DNA of 64,000 nt from Eledone cirrhosa (taxonomy: Eukaryota), in contig OZ024746.1 in assembly GCA_964016885.1 (NCBI GenBank), positions 27,590,001 to 27,654,000 of the forward strand, read 5' to 3'. Positions within the stretch are counted from its first letter, which is position 1. The number at the start of each line of letters is the position of its first letter. A program made the translations under genes and the position numbers. This document shows, piece after piece, positions 1 through 13,524 of the stretch. A model generated the notes under the pieces. That model saw only the letters and a program-made list of their open reading frames with translations. It searched no databases and had not been told where the DNA came from.

Positions 1-2167
1 CGAAACTCGTATTTATTAACTAAATACACGGTGCACATGCGGAACATGTGAGTGACTAATGTCTCTCTTTTGAGAGAGAGAGAGAAAGAAAGAAAGAAAG
101 AGAGAGAGAGAGGGATAGCGAAAATTATGATAGCTTGAGGGCAATCACTACGACAAACCAGTAATAAATGTGCTTCTGTGTAAACTGAGATCATTTTATT
201 TAATTGCATGTCTATGGGAAGGAAACTTTATGAGCTTAAATATTCGAATAATCAGAAATACGCCAACCGTAATTGTCCGCTTTTCTATATTGAGTCTAAT
301 AGTTTGAATTAATAATAAGCATTTAATGGAAGCTGGTGTTAGCGTGAAATCTGATATGAAACAAAGAATAGAATAAATGGGCTGCTGAATTAATTTTTGT
401 TTTGAGTTTATATCCAAAGTAGATGTATTGTATTTCTTGCTAGCGGTGGCGAAATACGGTTGCGAGATTGGGGTTGGCTGGGCTGTAGACAGTGGCTCTA
501 CAATATTTAAAAGGGCATACATTAATTGTTTTTGCCATTATAAATTGTATGTACATGTCACGATGATGAAATGTTCAGCCAGGTTCTCCATGGAAACTTA
601 AGCCGCCTTTGCTTCCTCGTTCTACCTCAGAAATGTTTTCTTCTTATCTGTCAAAGTGAGATAACTTGTTATAAACCATATTTGTATTATTATTAACTAG
701 TACTAGACAAAATATAATGCTGTTACAGAAAGAAAACCTAATATTCTGAGAGACAAAATAGGAACCTTTGACTTTCATGATCTACTGAAGTCAAATTATT
801 AAGAGGAAGCTCATTAGAGTTTTAAATAATTCTTCCGTACAAAGTTCAACTCACAATACTGGAATCGACTTTACGCTATGGCAAATGAACTTGCTCAAGA
901 TGCCACATAATGCGATGATAGATTCCAAAATACCAAGATTACGAAGCGAACTTCTTAGCCATTCAACCATACCTAAGTTGAATATTAAATCACTTAATTT
1001 TCTCATGGATATAGTTTGGTGGTTTTGTGTTAGTAGCTTTAATTACACCCGATTGACATTCTTTAATAATACGTAATAATGGAATAAGCTAAATTAGGTT
1101 CCAGCATGTTCTTCATTAATTCCAGTTATTTAGCTAAAGTTCTTTGGAAGAACGAAGCTAAAAGCTACGCCACTGACCATTCAGAAGATATAAAGTGAAA
1201 CAAATAATATTTGGCGGCAGTATTTCCACATTCTGTTAAGTTCACTAATGAAATAATTGTTTCCAATAGGGCCAGCAGTGTTGAGGTGATGCAGTCATCA
1301 ATCAAATCGACCCCAGAATATAACTGGCACTTTGTTTTTTTATTGACCGTGGAAGGATGAAGGGCAAAGTTGTTTTGGCGGCTTTTGAAATCTGACGCTC
1401 TACAGATTACGTTAATCCACCACCCACTTTTGACTAAAATAATTCTTTCTAACATTGGCACAAGGCCAAGAATTTAGGGGAAGGGGAAGTCGATTATAGT
1501 GATCTCATAAAGAAGAATGAAAGGCAAATTTAATCTCGTGGGGATTTAACCCGAGAAGGTAAAGAACCCAAAGAAGCATCGCCCGACGTGTTAAGAGTTC
1601 TGCCAATCCACCACCATATTTTTAACTGAAATAATATCTACTGCTCTGTACGAGATTTATCGCTGTGGATTGAAACACTTCTTAAATATACTGAGAAAAT
1701 AACTGAATATAACCTAAAAGCATATGATCTCCAGCTTTGCGCAAGAAACTGATGCATACTAAAGCTGCACTAGTGACCTTTCTAAGTTAAATGTTATGGT
1801 AGAAACAGAAATTGAGAGATTTTGTGATTTGAAAACCCAGAGGGAGGTAGGTGTTTATCACGAAATTTCTTCTATCTCAGGAAATAATGTTGCTTTGATA
1901 TAATCTGAGAGAATGAAATACTGCTGAGAGTGTTTTTTTTTGTTTCAGTCTACTCCTACATAATTAATATATACGTAAAAGGTAATATAGTGTTTATTAT
2001 TAAGTTGTATGTTAATTTACACATACTTATTACGTTTACATCTTTATAGTATATAATTATTTTATATAAAAACAAATGTAAAAAAAAAAGAACACAATGA
2101 CCAAAATGAATTGCATTATATTTCCTATTCTTTCTTGATTATATATATATAATTAAAGTTAGATCAT

Positions 2168-2242
2168 TACGGGGTCGATAAAATAAAGTACCAGTAATGT
2201 ACTGGCTAATTGCTGGCCTTGTGCCTAAAGTAGAAACAATTA
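2168..2242 (+). mobile_element. 3' fragment of tRNA-derived SINE (family S1)
   Basis: Matches the 3' end (ggggtcgataaaataaagtaccagt...gctggccttgtgcc...agaaacaatt) of the copies at 12573, 43826 and 56743. Confidence 0.8.
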
Positions 2243-2289
2243 TATATGTATATACAGAGAGAAATACGTACATACATAGAAACACACAC

Positions 2290-2722
2290 ACACATACATA
2301 CAAATATGATGGCTGCAAACTCTGCTAAGAGTATTGCAATCGCTTGTCAGGTTCAGATGTGTGACGCTCGGATATGGCTTTTTAAGCCTGCTAGAGACTT
2401 GCACTCCTTCGCACACTGACGACAATTATGGATCTCCCTGGCCTGAGGCCTTGCATCAGGTTGCCTGTGAACCCTCACAATACCATGGAGATCATAGTTC
2501 ACTAGTTCTCTTTGAACATGGCTGCGACTGTGGCTCCTGAGACCAGATTTGCTCAAGCAAAATTCTCCACGCTCAGGGTAGTTCAATTCAATGGAGTACT
2601 TCAATTCAATTCAAAACCGATCGTTTCGAGAGATACACCAGGGCATTGCTTACGCACATCCCGTTTGATCTTCTCCTGCTCTATGCGTCTGTCCTCAAAA
2701 TTATGGACTACATCATTCACCA
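2290..2722 (-). mobile_element. 3' end of RTE-clade LINE (5'-truncated, degenerate)
   Basis: Minus-strand C2H2-like finger CRQCAKECKSLAGLKSHIR. Sequence resembles the RTE 3' region at 63800-63975 and ends in a (TG/TATG) tail. Confidence 0.7.
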
Positions 2723-2741
2723 ATATACATACATACATAGT

Positions 2742-2940
2742 GATGCAGCGAAATAGGATGAACTTGGTTACAGTCTGGCGGGACTACTGGAAAGGTTTCG
2801 GTTCTGTTCCCTAGTATTGGTTGCTAAAGCCCAGGATACTATATTCAAAGCCTTAGAGAACCTATCTTTTTCCTTAGTTACCATCTTGATGTTAAATACA
2901 GAGAAGGGTATATATTTCAAGAAGAAATCTCTCTGTGATG
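2742..2940 (+). pseudogene. Degenerate R4/Dong RT fragment
   Basis: MQRNRMNLVTVWRDYWKGFGSVP*YW aligns with KNRRNMTVVWLDYQKAFDSVPHGW of the intact ORF at 57910-61419. Confidence 0.6.
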
Positions 2941-3349
2941 CTTTTTATAGTATGAGTAAAGCCTCTTGTTATTTATGCTTCGAAAATATGAAGGTTATGT
3001 AATTGGTTCACAGGAGGCCAGAAACACAAATCTAACAGATGGCTTCTTTGTGGATGCAACAACAGAGCAGCCAGCTCGTGAAATTATCTAAAAATTAGAC
3101 AGGCATGGAAACTATTATCGTAGTTCTTAGGGAAGATTGAGTGTAACACACTATGTGTATATGTGACAAGGCTGGTTCAAGGACATATCGCCTGGCAGGA
3201 ATCGAATAGTGAAGCGAATACCCATCGACTAAGCCAAGAGCCTTCGCAATCACTTGATATATAACCTACACACAGACACATATATACACACCCGCGGAAA
3301 CAATAGAAGTACTCACCCACTCACGCATATATATATATATATATATATA

Positions 3350-3472
3350 AATCAGGAAGTATTCAGTTTGAAACTGATTTGACCATTGCTCAATAGAGTA
3401 TTCTATACTGAAGGTAGTAGGGTATGGTTATATTATAAAGAGTAGGGACTCGACGGCTGAGCTCTTGTTCCA
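3350..3472 (-). mobile_element. Truncated family-A PLE-type fragment in (TA)n
   Basis: Shares gacggctgagctcttg and the cagtttgaaactga terminus with the 47205-47485 and 55151 copies. Confidence 0.55.
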
Positions 3473-3534
3473 TATATATATATATAGATAGATAGATAAA
3501 TATACACGGCTGTGTATGATTGTGTATAGAAGAT

Positions 3535-3917
3535 TATATTAATAAGAGGAATTCCAACTTTGTCTGATTTACTCGTTTTATTTACAATCCTTTAAAATTT
3601 ATAATGGTATTATAATGAAATAGTATGATAGAATATTAAATGTTAAGTGTTAATTGAACAAGTACTTTCATGCTTTCGCAATCTTCAGGTTCATAATGTG
3701 TGGTGACAGTCAAGTTTGCAATTTTCAACAGTTGCAAATTGCAAACTTGACTGTCACCACACATTATGAACCTGAAGTTGGCGAAAGCATGAAAGAACTT
3801 GTTCAATTAACACTTAACATTTAATATTCTATCATACTATTTCATTATAATACCATTATAAATTTTAAAGGATTGTAAATAAAACGAGTAAATCAGACAA
3901 AGTTGGAATTCCTCTTA

Positions 3918-3925
<8 letters not shown>
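3535..3925. mobile_element. Fold-back PLE-type insertion (~190-bp arms) abutting (TA)n
   Basis: 3535-3724 is the near-perfect reverse complement of 3736-3925, and each arm carries an HHR motif. Confidence 0.85.
3655..3693 (-). ncRNA. Minimal type I hammerhead ribozyme
   Basis: UGAAC-CUGAAGA-UUGCGAAAGCAU-GAAA-GUAC-UU^GUUCA: stem I, core, stem II with GAAA loop and palindromic short stem III, as in PLE minimal HHRs. The plus-strand copy at 3767-3805 has CUGAAGU. Confidence 0.75.
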
Positions 3926-3990
<65 letters not shown>

Positions 3991-3993
<3 letters not shown>

Positions 3994-4409
3994 GTATTTT
4001 GCAATACACTTTATGCTTAATTAAAAGTATTTTGAAGACCGTATGCTATTGTTTTAGAGTAGTGACAAATTCACTTACTTTAATCTCAGCAAACAGGGGA
4101 GATAAGCCGACAAGGCTTATCTCCCCTGCTTGCATTTATTAATGCTTATCAAGGCTAACTACTCCCTCCTGTCTACCGAGATCACTGATGTTATATTCTT
4201 ATAGAATTCTAGTAAATAATCAGGAACTGATTATACAGACGGATTGTTGGTCAGGCAGAAATTAATTAAGCATAAACAAATTAATTAAGCATAAAGTGTA
4301 TTGCAAAATACATTATATATACATCCATATATATATTGCTATTTCAGAGCTCCAATTCTAATTTTTAATTTCTGCCTGACCAACAATCGCTCTGTATAAT
4401 CAGTTATTT

Positions 4410-4410
<1 letters not shown>
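3991..4410. mobile_element. Family-B fold-back element, multiply inverted, in (TA)n
   Basis: Inverted repeats at ~3992-4022/4281-4314, 4094-4128 and 4225-4265/4365-4404. Homologous to 47574-47915 and 48723-48980. Confidence 0.75.
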
Positions 4411-4451
<41 letters not shown>

Positions 4452-4452
<1 letters not shown>

Positions 4453-4646
4453 TAGGAACAAGTAAGACCCCGACGGCTGAGCTCAAGCCGTTTCGACGGC
4501 TAATTCTGGAGTCCAGAATTAGCCGTCGAAACGGCTTGAGCTCAGCCGTCGGGGTCTTACTTGTTCCTATTACCCACTCTACTACCCTAAGTATTGAGTA
4601 CTTTGGTGAGTCATGGTCCACCTGGTTCCTTACTACATTTCCTTCG

Positions 4647-4648
<2 letters not shown>
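4452..4648 (+). mobile_element. Family-A fold-back element: perfect palindrome 4452-4570 plus tail, with 3' half of an HHR
   Basis: Palindrome centred near 4511. GAAACGGCU-UGAGCUC-AGCCGUC^GGGG gives GAAA, stem III and a GUC cleavage triplet. (TA)n on both sides. Confidence 0.8.
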
Positions 4649-4713
<65 letters not shown>

Positions 4714-4914
4714 AATATATATATGTGAGTTCTTAAATCATTTTACGCTTTATTATTTCAATACATACAGTAAACCGGACATTGCTTGCGAATCGAACTC
4801 TGTATCCACATAGCCGACATTTCTCTTACGCACCTGACCCATACACTCACCCACACACAATATCTCTCACTCTTTCTCACACACAGATATATATATATAT
4901 ATATACACCCACAC

Positions 4915-5006
<92 letters not shown>

Positions 5007-5053
5007 ATGCATGTATATATATACATACATATATATATATATATGTATGCATG

Positions 5054-5084
<31 letters not shown>

Positions 5085-5092
5085 GTATGCAT

Positions 5093-5149
<57 letters not shown>

Positions 5150-5150
5150 C

Positions 5151-5217
<67 letters not shown>

Positions 5218-5695
5218 CATGTATATATACATACATATATATATATATATATAAGCATTTATTGTCAAATCTATCGACCAACAACGATTATAGTGTCTTA
5301 AAAGCATTCTTCATTGGATTATCTACAAACTATATTTTCCTATGTAATTATATTACTGCTGGGATGTAGAGTTCAGCCTATTTATATTTGGGGAAAACCT
5401 CAACTTATCATCAATAGAAATATGTTGATAGATTCGACCTTACATTAAGATGGCCTCATTATAGAACAGCCTAACATGAATTGTTGTGATAAACAATGAA
5501 GCAATCAAGTAGCGTGTGTATATATATACAACATACGATATCCGTTCAAACATGCATCAAGATAAAACAAGTTGGCGTGTTAACTGTGATTATAGAGTTA
5601 CCGTTACTAGCAAAGAGTGGAAAGAATGAGAGTTAGTTTACTGTCCGCGATAATGAGAACACGAAATCTTATATGCAATAAAACCAATGTATCAG

Positions 5696-5763
<68 letters not shown>

Positions 5764-5941
5764 TTGTGTGTGGGTGGGTGTTGTGTGTGTGTGTTGTATG
5801 TGTGTTGTGTGTGTGTGCGTGCGTGTATGTATATGTAAATGTATATACACACATATACATATAAATATATATATATGTATAAATATAATACACATGTATT
5901 TGTATATATGCATATATATATATTCATATATATGGAGAGAG

Positions 5942-5996
<55 letters not shown>

Positions 5997-6018
5997 TATA
6001 TATGTATATATCTATCTA

Positions 6019-6071
<53 letters not shown>

Positions 6072-6206
6072 AAATAGATGTGTCCACTTTATATAGGTTA
6101 TTTCACGAATTTAGTAGATTCTTTTAGTAAAATACAATACTATATCTTCTTCTTCTTCTTCTTCTTCTTCTTCTTCTTCTTCTTCTTCTGCTATATGTAA
6201 TACTCA

Positions 6207-6255
<49 letters not shown>

Positions 6256-7283
6256 GAAAAATAATATATATGCATGTATATAGAGAGAAAGAGAGATAAA
6301 TATATAGAATCTGTAAAGAACATACCAGGCTAAACTATAGTTAGGATCGTTAGACATTGAAATAATTTATGTATTCTTTTACAATCAATAATTCCAATAC
6401 TCGTGGAATAGTGTTCAGTTTCATATTTGTGTACTTCTTACAATATATTCTACTTATAATATGCCTGCTGCTATTGTATATGGGAATGGCACCTTCTTTT
6501 CTTGCCCAGTCAATTAACATTCCTATTCGATAATTTATGCCGATAAATTTATATTCCTATACTCGTGAATTACACACATTATTCACCAACTTTCAGAAGC
6601 ACGAGGATAAGAATTTATTGAGATACTTATAAATTACATTCATATTATTTGTCTGCCCTCCTTTCATTTTCTTTTCTGAAAGATATTTATAGTGTTGTCG
6701 ATACTATCAACATTTCTCTTGAGCAGTATTAACTTATGCTGAAACAGTATAAAGTTTTATTCAACATTATATAATAAAAATAAGATTACAAAATGCATAA
6801 GCTACGAAATTCCATAAGACATAGTTCGCCATGTTTAATCTTGCCCATGGCATTTTTCGAATTATTTAGTCCTTCCCAATATGCCTTTCTTTTAATCCAT
6901 TCTTCTTCCTCGTCTTTTCGAAGTTGTTGAGTATGTTTCTGTCTTTAATGGTTAAATATTTTCTACACAAATTATATTACAACTTATTCTGCTCATATTT
7001 CAACTTCTTCGTGTCTCAAAATGTCTATAAATTCATGAAATATAACAAAGTTGAACTCTGGTGCTTTTCTCAAAAGGTAAGATCTGCCATAACCTGAAAT
7101 AAATGCAAAATATTTCTCTCTTCCTTAATTCACATTGATTTTACACAATTCTGGTGCAAAAATAACAAACACTTACAGAAATCATTACTAGATTTGTAGT
7201 GGTTTTATCTATAACTTATTTGAAATTACCATAAGCATAAAACAGCTTATCTAAAAGTACTGAGTAAATAGAAAAGGTAACAA

Positions 7284-7742
7284 TATTAAAATATACGAAA
7301 CATCAGTAGCACCCAACAGTAAAATATTTGTTAAACAATTTTAGAGATATATTTATATATCTGTTTCGATGGTACAAGTTCCAGTTGTTCAGAAAACTGA
7401 ACAGTCTGCTCGTGGAATATCAGTGAAAGTGGCTGTGCACCCCAACGTCCCGCGTGACCTTAATGTCGCGTGATGCTGCGTAGGGAAAATTGGCCTTTGA
7501 ATTAAAAATACATCTCATTCTTTGCAGGTGATTGGACTGAAGAAATGTGAAACTAAATATCTTGGATAAAGACATGACCACGTGGCAGGGAATAGATCTT
7601 AGATCATTACGAGAGCACGCCTAACAGTGTAACCACTCCACCACACACCTTCACCGATATATAACATATTATAAATATATCTCTAAAATTGTTTAACACA
7701 TCTTTTCTGATGGGTGCTACAACAGTTTCGTATATTTTAATA
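7284..7742. repeat. ~70-bp imperfect inverted repeats enclosing a degenerate minus-strand SINE (7365-7655)
   Basis: 7284-7356 is the approximate reverse complement of 7671-7742. Confidence 0.6.
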
Positions 7743-8035
7743 ACAGCCCAGATATATATGCACCCTGTAATCATTGTATATACAATATGATTATTAAAAT
7801 GTATTTATAATGATATTGGTTATCTCCGTTAGCTTAAAAGATGCGGTCTTTCTCAAATAGACACTCTGTTTCGCTTCATAATGGGGAAAAATATAACGTA
7901 ATATATAATCAATGACTAAATATGTGGAAGGTATAGACATACAATTATTAATTCAGTGCTAAATCGAATTTGGGTCTTTATGTATGGATATATATATATA
8001 TATATATATATATGCGTATATATATATGTGCGTGA

Positions 8036-8087
<52 letters not shown>

Positions 8088-8091
8088 TCAG

Positions 8092-8250
<159 letters not shown>

Positions 8251-8989
8251 TATGTATAAATATATAATTATATGTATTCATGTATGTATATATATATGTG
8301 TGTGTACATATAACACACCACACACAGATATATATATATGTGTACTGTTATGTCTTTCTAATGTTTAAAGGCAAAATTTGCTTGTAATATTCTCGAAATA
8401 TTTACATCTGCGTCCACATTTTCAAGAAATTCCGCTTGAGGATGAAAGCAGAAATTGTTACTTAAACCTTTTATCTGCGATGTTAATAAATATTTTCTCT
8501 GAGGATTGCTCCCCTTCGTCTTCTTGAGTCATATCTCCATTGAAGGTGAAATATTTACTTTTTCTAATGGCTAGAATATCCGCGGTTCACCAGACATGCA
8601 TACTCATACATAAAATCTGATTCTCGAATTAATAATCAATCATCTGGGAAGACACTTGTGTTCACTAAGCTGAGTTTATCTAATTAAACTGATGGTTGTC
8701 GCATCAACTACTGCCTACTATGAGACATGCAGGATTTTTATCGAGGTTTACCCCTCTAAATCGGACTTGTTCTTCTAGACTATTCCATGATAGCTGGACC
8801 AGAGGCATCTCATATTGGATGTGGCATTTTATCACGCAGTTCAGTCTACGAACTGAGAGAGGCTAGATGCTCAGCTTGAATGAGCATCTATTACGCGTCA
8901 CCAGTTCGCTCAGTGGCATGCTAGACAAGTATGCAAGACGAGATAGCATTATCAGTATCGTGTGAAGAAGAAAAGAAACAGAAATAATA

Positions 8990-9180
8990 ATAGTTTCTTA
9001 TATAGGCACAAGGCCAGCAATTTTGGGAGAGGGATAAGTCGATTAAATCGACCCCAGTGCGTGACTGGTACTTTATTTTATCGACCCTATAAGGATGAAA
9101 GGCAAAGTTAACCTCGGTGGGTTTTGAACTCAGAACGTAAAGGGCCATAACTCCTTCCTGCAAAGCATGGTGTCTGACAC
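8990..9180 (-). mobile_element. tRNA-derived SINE S1, head missing next to LINE tail
   Basis: Reverse complement of the S1 consensus, abutting (TAA)n. Confidence 0.8.
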
Positions 9181-9181
9181 C

Positions 9182-9182
<1 letters not shown>

Positions 9183-9226
<44 letters not shown>

Positions 9227-9921
9227 GTAATAATAATAATGTTTTCTTTATTAACCACAAGGGTTTACATAAAGTAGACATTAAGGACAGTACAGGACAA
9301 TACAGGACGGTACAAATGGGCATTTCTGCGTGTAAAAAAAACAGAGGATGAAATAAAATAACAAAGAAAAATTCCCCAATAGGGGGGAGACTTCCGAGGG
9401 ACATTTGTGGAGAAAGCCCATTAAAAGACCACAGTGGCCCTGACCACCAGGGCAAGTGCCCTCTCCCAGTTTTCCACCTTTAATTTACAGACACATACTC
9501 AGAGTAGGCCCATTTATTCGGGCCATACTTGCTTCTCTCATCCATCTTTCAACAAAATGCTGGAAAGAGAGCACTTCCATCTCTACCCTGATTTTCCTTT
9601 TCAAATGAAATTTGAAAAAGTTAATCAGGGCATCACCGAAGAGGTAAGTGCTCGTCTTCAGCCCTTTCAAACGTGTCCACCATACTATCTCTTTCGCCAT
9701 GGCCACCAGACAGATAAAAACTGCCTGCCCTTCCCGGCTAAAGGAAGAGGGCGGGGCATTCCTCACGATGGACTCAGCTGGTAGCCGGATCCGTCCTACA
9801 CGCGACAGCAGGTGTTAGACATAAACCCACAAGTCAGCAATGCTCGGACACTGGACGAGTGCGTGCAGGACGCTTTCGTCGCCCTGCGCGCATCTCGGAC
9901 ATGCCCGGCTGACGGCACCTC
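9183..9921 (-). mobile_element. 5'-truncated L1/Tx1-like LINE with (TTA)n tail
   Basis: Minus strand gives CPRCAQGDESVLHALVQC (CCHC knuckle), then the ORF2 C-terminus (9485-9766), a 3' UTR and the trinucleotide tail at 9183-9240. Confidence 0.75.
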
Positions 9922-11539
9922 CTTGTTATTTTTTTATTTACAGCCAAACTTTTGTTTATATGATGTTAAATTTTCCAAGCATAATCGAAATGTAATAATC
10001 TTATTTCTATACACTTTGACATTTATTCTCTAAATGTATATTTATATTTATTACTATATGAAATGAGGCGATGTGATGATCTGTCTAGGGTTAAGTCTGT
10101 GTATTTCAGATAATTGAAAGTTAATGAAATTATTGTAAAATCGCCAATAATTATATCTCACCGGGAATATATTAGAGCAAAACTATATAAAACGTTAATC
10201 TTTGTTTGGTTATTTTGGTCTCCAAGTAATATGCGAACTTTTCTTCCACATCGTTGCATTTTATAGAATTTCTACTTACAAATACTTCATCATGTTTCGT
10301 AAGTTAAGATGTTTGCCGATAAATATGATTCATTGAGCACGTCAGGCCAAAAATAGGTAATGCAAAGAATGGAAAGCCAAACAAAACAATATATTGTTAG
10401 ATAAACTTATAGAAGCTTCCATTTGTGTTTTCTGGTGGATTCTAACGTATTTTAACATTATTGATTTCATTTTCCCATTAATTCTTCCCGTTTCTGTTAA
10501 GTTTAGCACAAAAAAGGAAATAAGCGAACAATGCATGGTATTTGGTTACCTTTTGCTTCACTACGGCAGTCCCTTGACGGAAATGTCGATGGTGACAGGC
10601 ACAAAGTAGAAACGATTGGTCAATGCCTGGATGAAAGGCTTAAATTTAAATATAAACACTTTAAAATTAGCGGTTCTCTTTCGCTGAGCGGCGGACGGTT
10701 TCGGGTTGTTTGTTAAGAAACAGGTTAAGAACGGCTGATAAATTTCATTGTGATTTTTAAGTAATTACATTCTGGGTTCATTGAATTGAATAGGTAGAAG
10801 ATTGCAGAGTAAGGTAAAATGTTTACTTCGAGAATTAGATCGATTCACCTTGACCCAAATTTGTAAAAATAGCTTGGTATTAATGGACATGAACGAGGGA
10901 GAATATATACTACTATATATGACTATGATAGCTTAAATCGATATCGATTCTGATATTCTCATACATCTGTACACTGTTATATAGAGCTGGAGCAATGCTA
11001 CGGAATATTATAACAGGATTATGTTCGATATTGGGGATTATTGTTTAATACAGTCATGTCAAAGAATACATTATATATGCATCAAGAGCTTTATATTATA
11101 TTTCTTATTATATTTCTGCTGCAAACAAGTTTCTCATACATTTGAAATAATCTGCGTTGTTGGATCTCCGTCGGTTCCGACGATGAGTGTTTCAGTTATT
11201 TGATGCTGAACGGAACAGCCTCTCCATGAGATATACGCTTAGATGGCTGAGCGATTTACAAGCACGTGTACCCGTGTACAACGGCGTGACACAGGTTGTG
11301 ACAAAGCTGTACAGGTTCAACTCATATTTGCCATCAGAGTGGACAGAAGCAACGTAAAATAAAATGTCGTGCTCAAAAGCGCTGGCAACCAAACTAATAA
11401 CGATCGTCAATTGCACACCCCCAAACCACTAAACCATTGACTTCCACATTTGAAATAATACAATATGTAATTCATTTATAGCTATAATGTTTACTTTTTT
11501 CGATCACACCAGATTCTCTCTAACAGAGACTAGACGAGC

Positions 11540-11970
11540 TTATAGTTGTTATCCAACCACCATTCTCAGGGTGTAGACCTGAGTCATCTGTCTTGGTTTT
11601 GCCAGTAAAATCTGCCCAGCAATTCTTTCCTAAGACATTCTAACCCCATGCCTGTAATATCTCCAAATCCAGAGAAGTTGCGGCTCTACCTCGAGCGACC
11701 TTCTGATCTCCGAGCTGCGCATTCTATCAAGTAACCTTACTCCAAAAACCTTTAGAAGGAACCCAATTTCAGCCGCTTATATTTGCGATCGTATTCTTTC
11801 TGTTATTACACAAGATTCATGACCTCGGTAAGGGCTGGAACGAATACCGAATTAAAGACGGCAAGTTTGGCTTTTACACCTCTCTCCCTTTTTCTGATGA
11901 CCGAATGCTGAAGCTGGTGCATTACTGAATCAGTTCATACAATTCTTGTGCTTAATTCAGCCCTCTACCT
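11540..11970 (-). pseudogene. Degenerate RTE (Expander/Rex3-like) ORF C-terminal fragment
   Basis: KAKLAVFNSVFVPALT..GHESCVITERIRSQI*AAEIGFL..LLDRMRSSEIRRSLEVEPQLL with stops and frameshifts. Confidence 0.7.
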
Positions 11971-12572
11971 TTCACTATTGAAGTAGGTGAAGTTCAAGTA
12001 TCTCAGAAATGTTTTAGGAATGATGGAATATTATTATCGAAATATATATATTTGTCTTAATCAATTCACTTAATACTCACAGGAGATAGTCATAGAAATA
12101 ATATTTCGTAATTGAAATAATGAAAAAAAGCTTTATCGATAGAAATTGTAAAACGACATTACTATGGCTGCCTTTTCAATGTATATGTACCATATACATT
12201 GGATCGGCATACTGCGCGCTGAAATGTTACTGCTACCTGGCGTGAAAAATAAAAGATATATGTTGAAGACCTCGATGTTTTGAAAGAAGTATTGCATTAT
12301 GTGCTCTGTTCAGGTGTCAGTGGTGTAGTGGGTAGCACGATTTATTTCGAAGCACTTGATATGGGTTCGACTCACGGAAAGCAGCGATGATATAGAATTT
12401 ATAGACTCTATATGATTACTGGTTAATAATCAATCAATGTTGACTCTAGTCTATCACACCCCCACCTTGCCACCCCACTACATCACCACACCACCACTAT
12501 ATATTGGATTAATGTCCGTCATTTCTTCTCTCTTGAATTAAGCTTATTTGATGATATCATTACACAAACAAA

Positions 12573-12760
12573 GGGCGGTGGATTGGCAGTATCGGTAGAG
12601 GGTCGGACGCTATGCTTTGACGTATAGAGTTACGGCCCTTGCCTTTCTGAGTTCAAATCCCGCCGAGGTTAACTTTGCCTTTCATCCTTACGGGCATCGA
12701 TAAAATAAAGTACCAGTAATACTCTGGGTACTTGCTGGCCTTGTGCCAAACGTAGACACA
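12573..12760 (+). mobile_element. Full-length tRNA-derived SINE S1 with 17-bp TSD
   Basis: A-box-like tggcagtatcgg, B-box gagttcaaatcc, and TSD atcattacacaaacaaa at 12556-12572 and 12761-12777. Confidence 0.9.
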
Positions 12761-12839
12761 ATCATTACACAAACAAATGTATTGACAACAAGATTTCTAT
12801 TAGCGTGTTTGATGTATGTTGGTGTTGTGATGCTGGTTG

Positions 12840-13135
12840 AGGTGTCTCACTAACGATCCTAGGGTCATAACTTCGACGGTGTGTTGTGTCCTTCAGTAAA
12901 CCCTTTATTTCACATTGTTCCAATCCACTCAGCTGGCAGAAGTTAGGTGTAGCAGTAATTTAAAGGGGCCAATCTTTCAATACGCCATGTCAGTATAAAT
13001 CTCTCCAAGAATTATATTAAGTTTACTCCTGTCTGTGGAATGCTCAGCCACTCCTATATTAATTTCACGAGAGGGCTGAACCGCTGGTCACATCAGCTGG
13101 AACACTCATCGTAGGAATCGACGAATATCCAATTT
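12840..13135 (+). mobile_element. Degenerate SINE, second family (S2)
   Basis: gtgttgtgtccttc...ttatttcacattgttccaatccactcagctggc core. Related decayed copies at ~3040-3250, 7365-7655, 11200-11430 and 28480-28690. Confidence 0.55.
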
Positions 13136-13471
13136 GATGGTGTGAAGGTGGCATGATGGTGTGATTGTGTGGTGATATGATGTTGTGGTGGTTGTATGAT
13201 TGTGTTGGTGTGGTGGAGGTGGTGTGATAGTATAGTGGTGGTGTTTGATCACTCTAGCTCTCTCTGTATATGTATCTCTCTCCCCCTCTCTCTCTCTCTC
13301 TGGTTATATACTGTATATATATATAAATATATATATCGTTTCTCTCCCTGATGTATTTACAATTATGATGGTGGCCTGAAGAAGAGATTGATAAATAATT
13401 AGGCAAATACATGAAAGAGAGAGATAAAGATAGATAGATAGATAGATAGATAGAGATAGATAGAGAGAGAG

Positions 13472-13524
<53 letters not shown>

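Noticed and set aside
700-1860. Possible decayed hAT transposase; likewise possible LINE ORF1 remnant at 41770-42560
   Set aside because: Only vague peptide resemblance with many stops. Needs a profile search.
6993-7093. Possible terminal exon starting xYGR (neuropeptide-like)
   Set aside because: Good acceptor, but the frame and upstream exon cannot be established.
12315-12387. tRNA-like A and B boxes
   Set aside because: The acceptor and anticodon stems do not pair. At most a tRNA pseudogene or SINE head.
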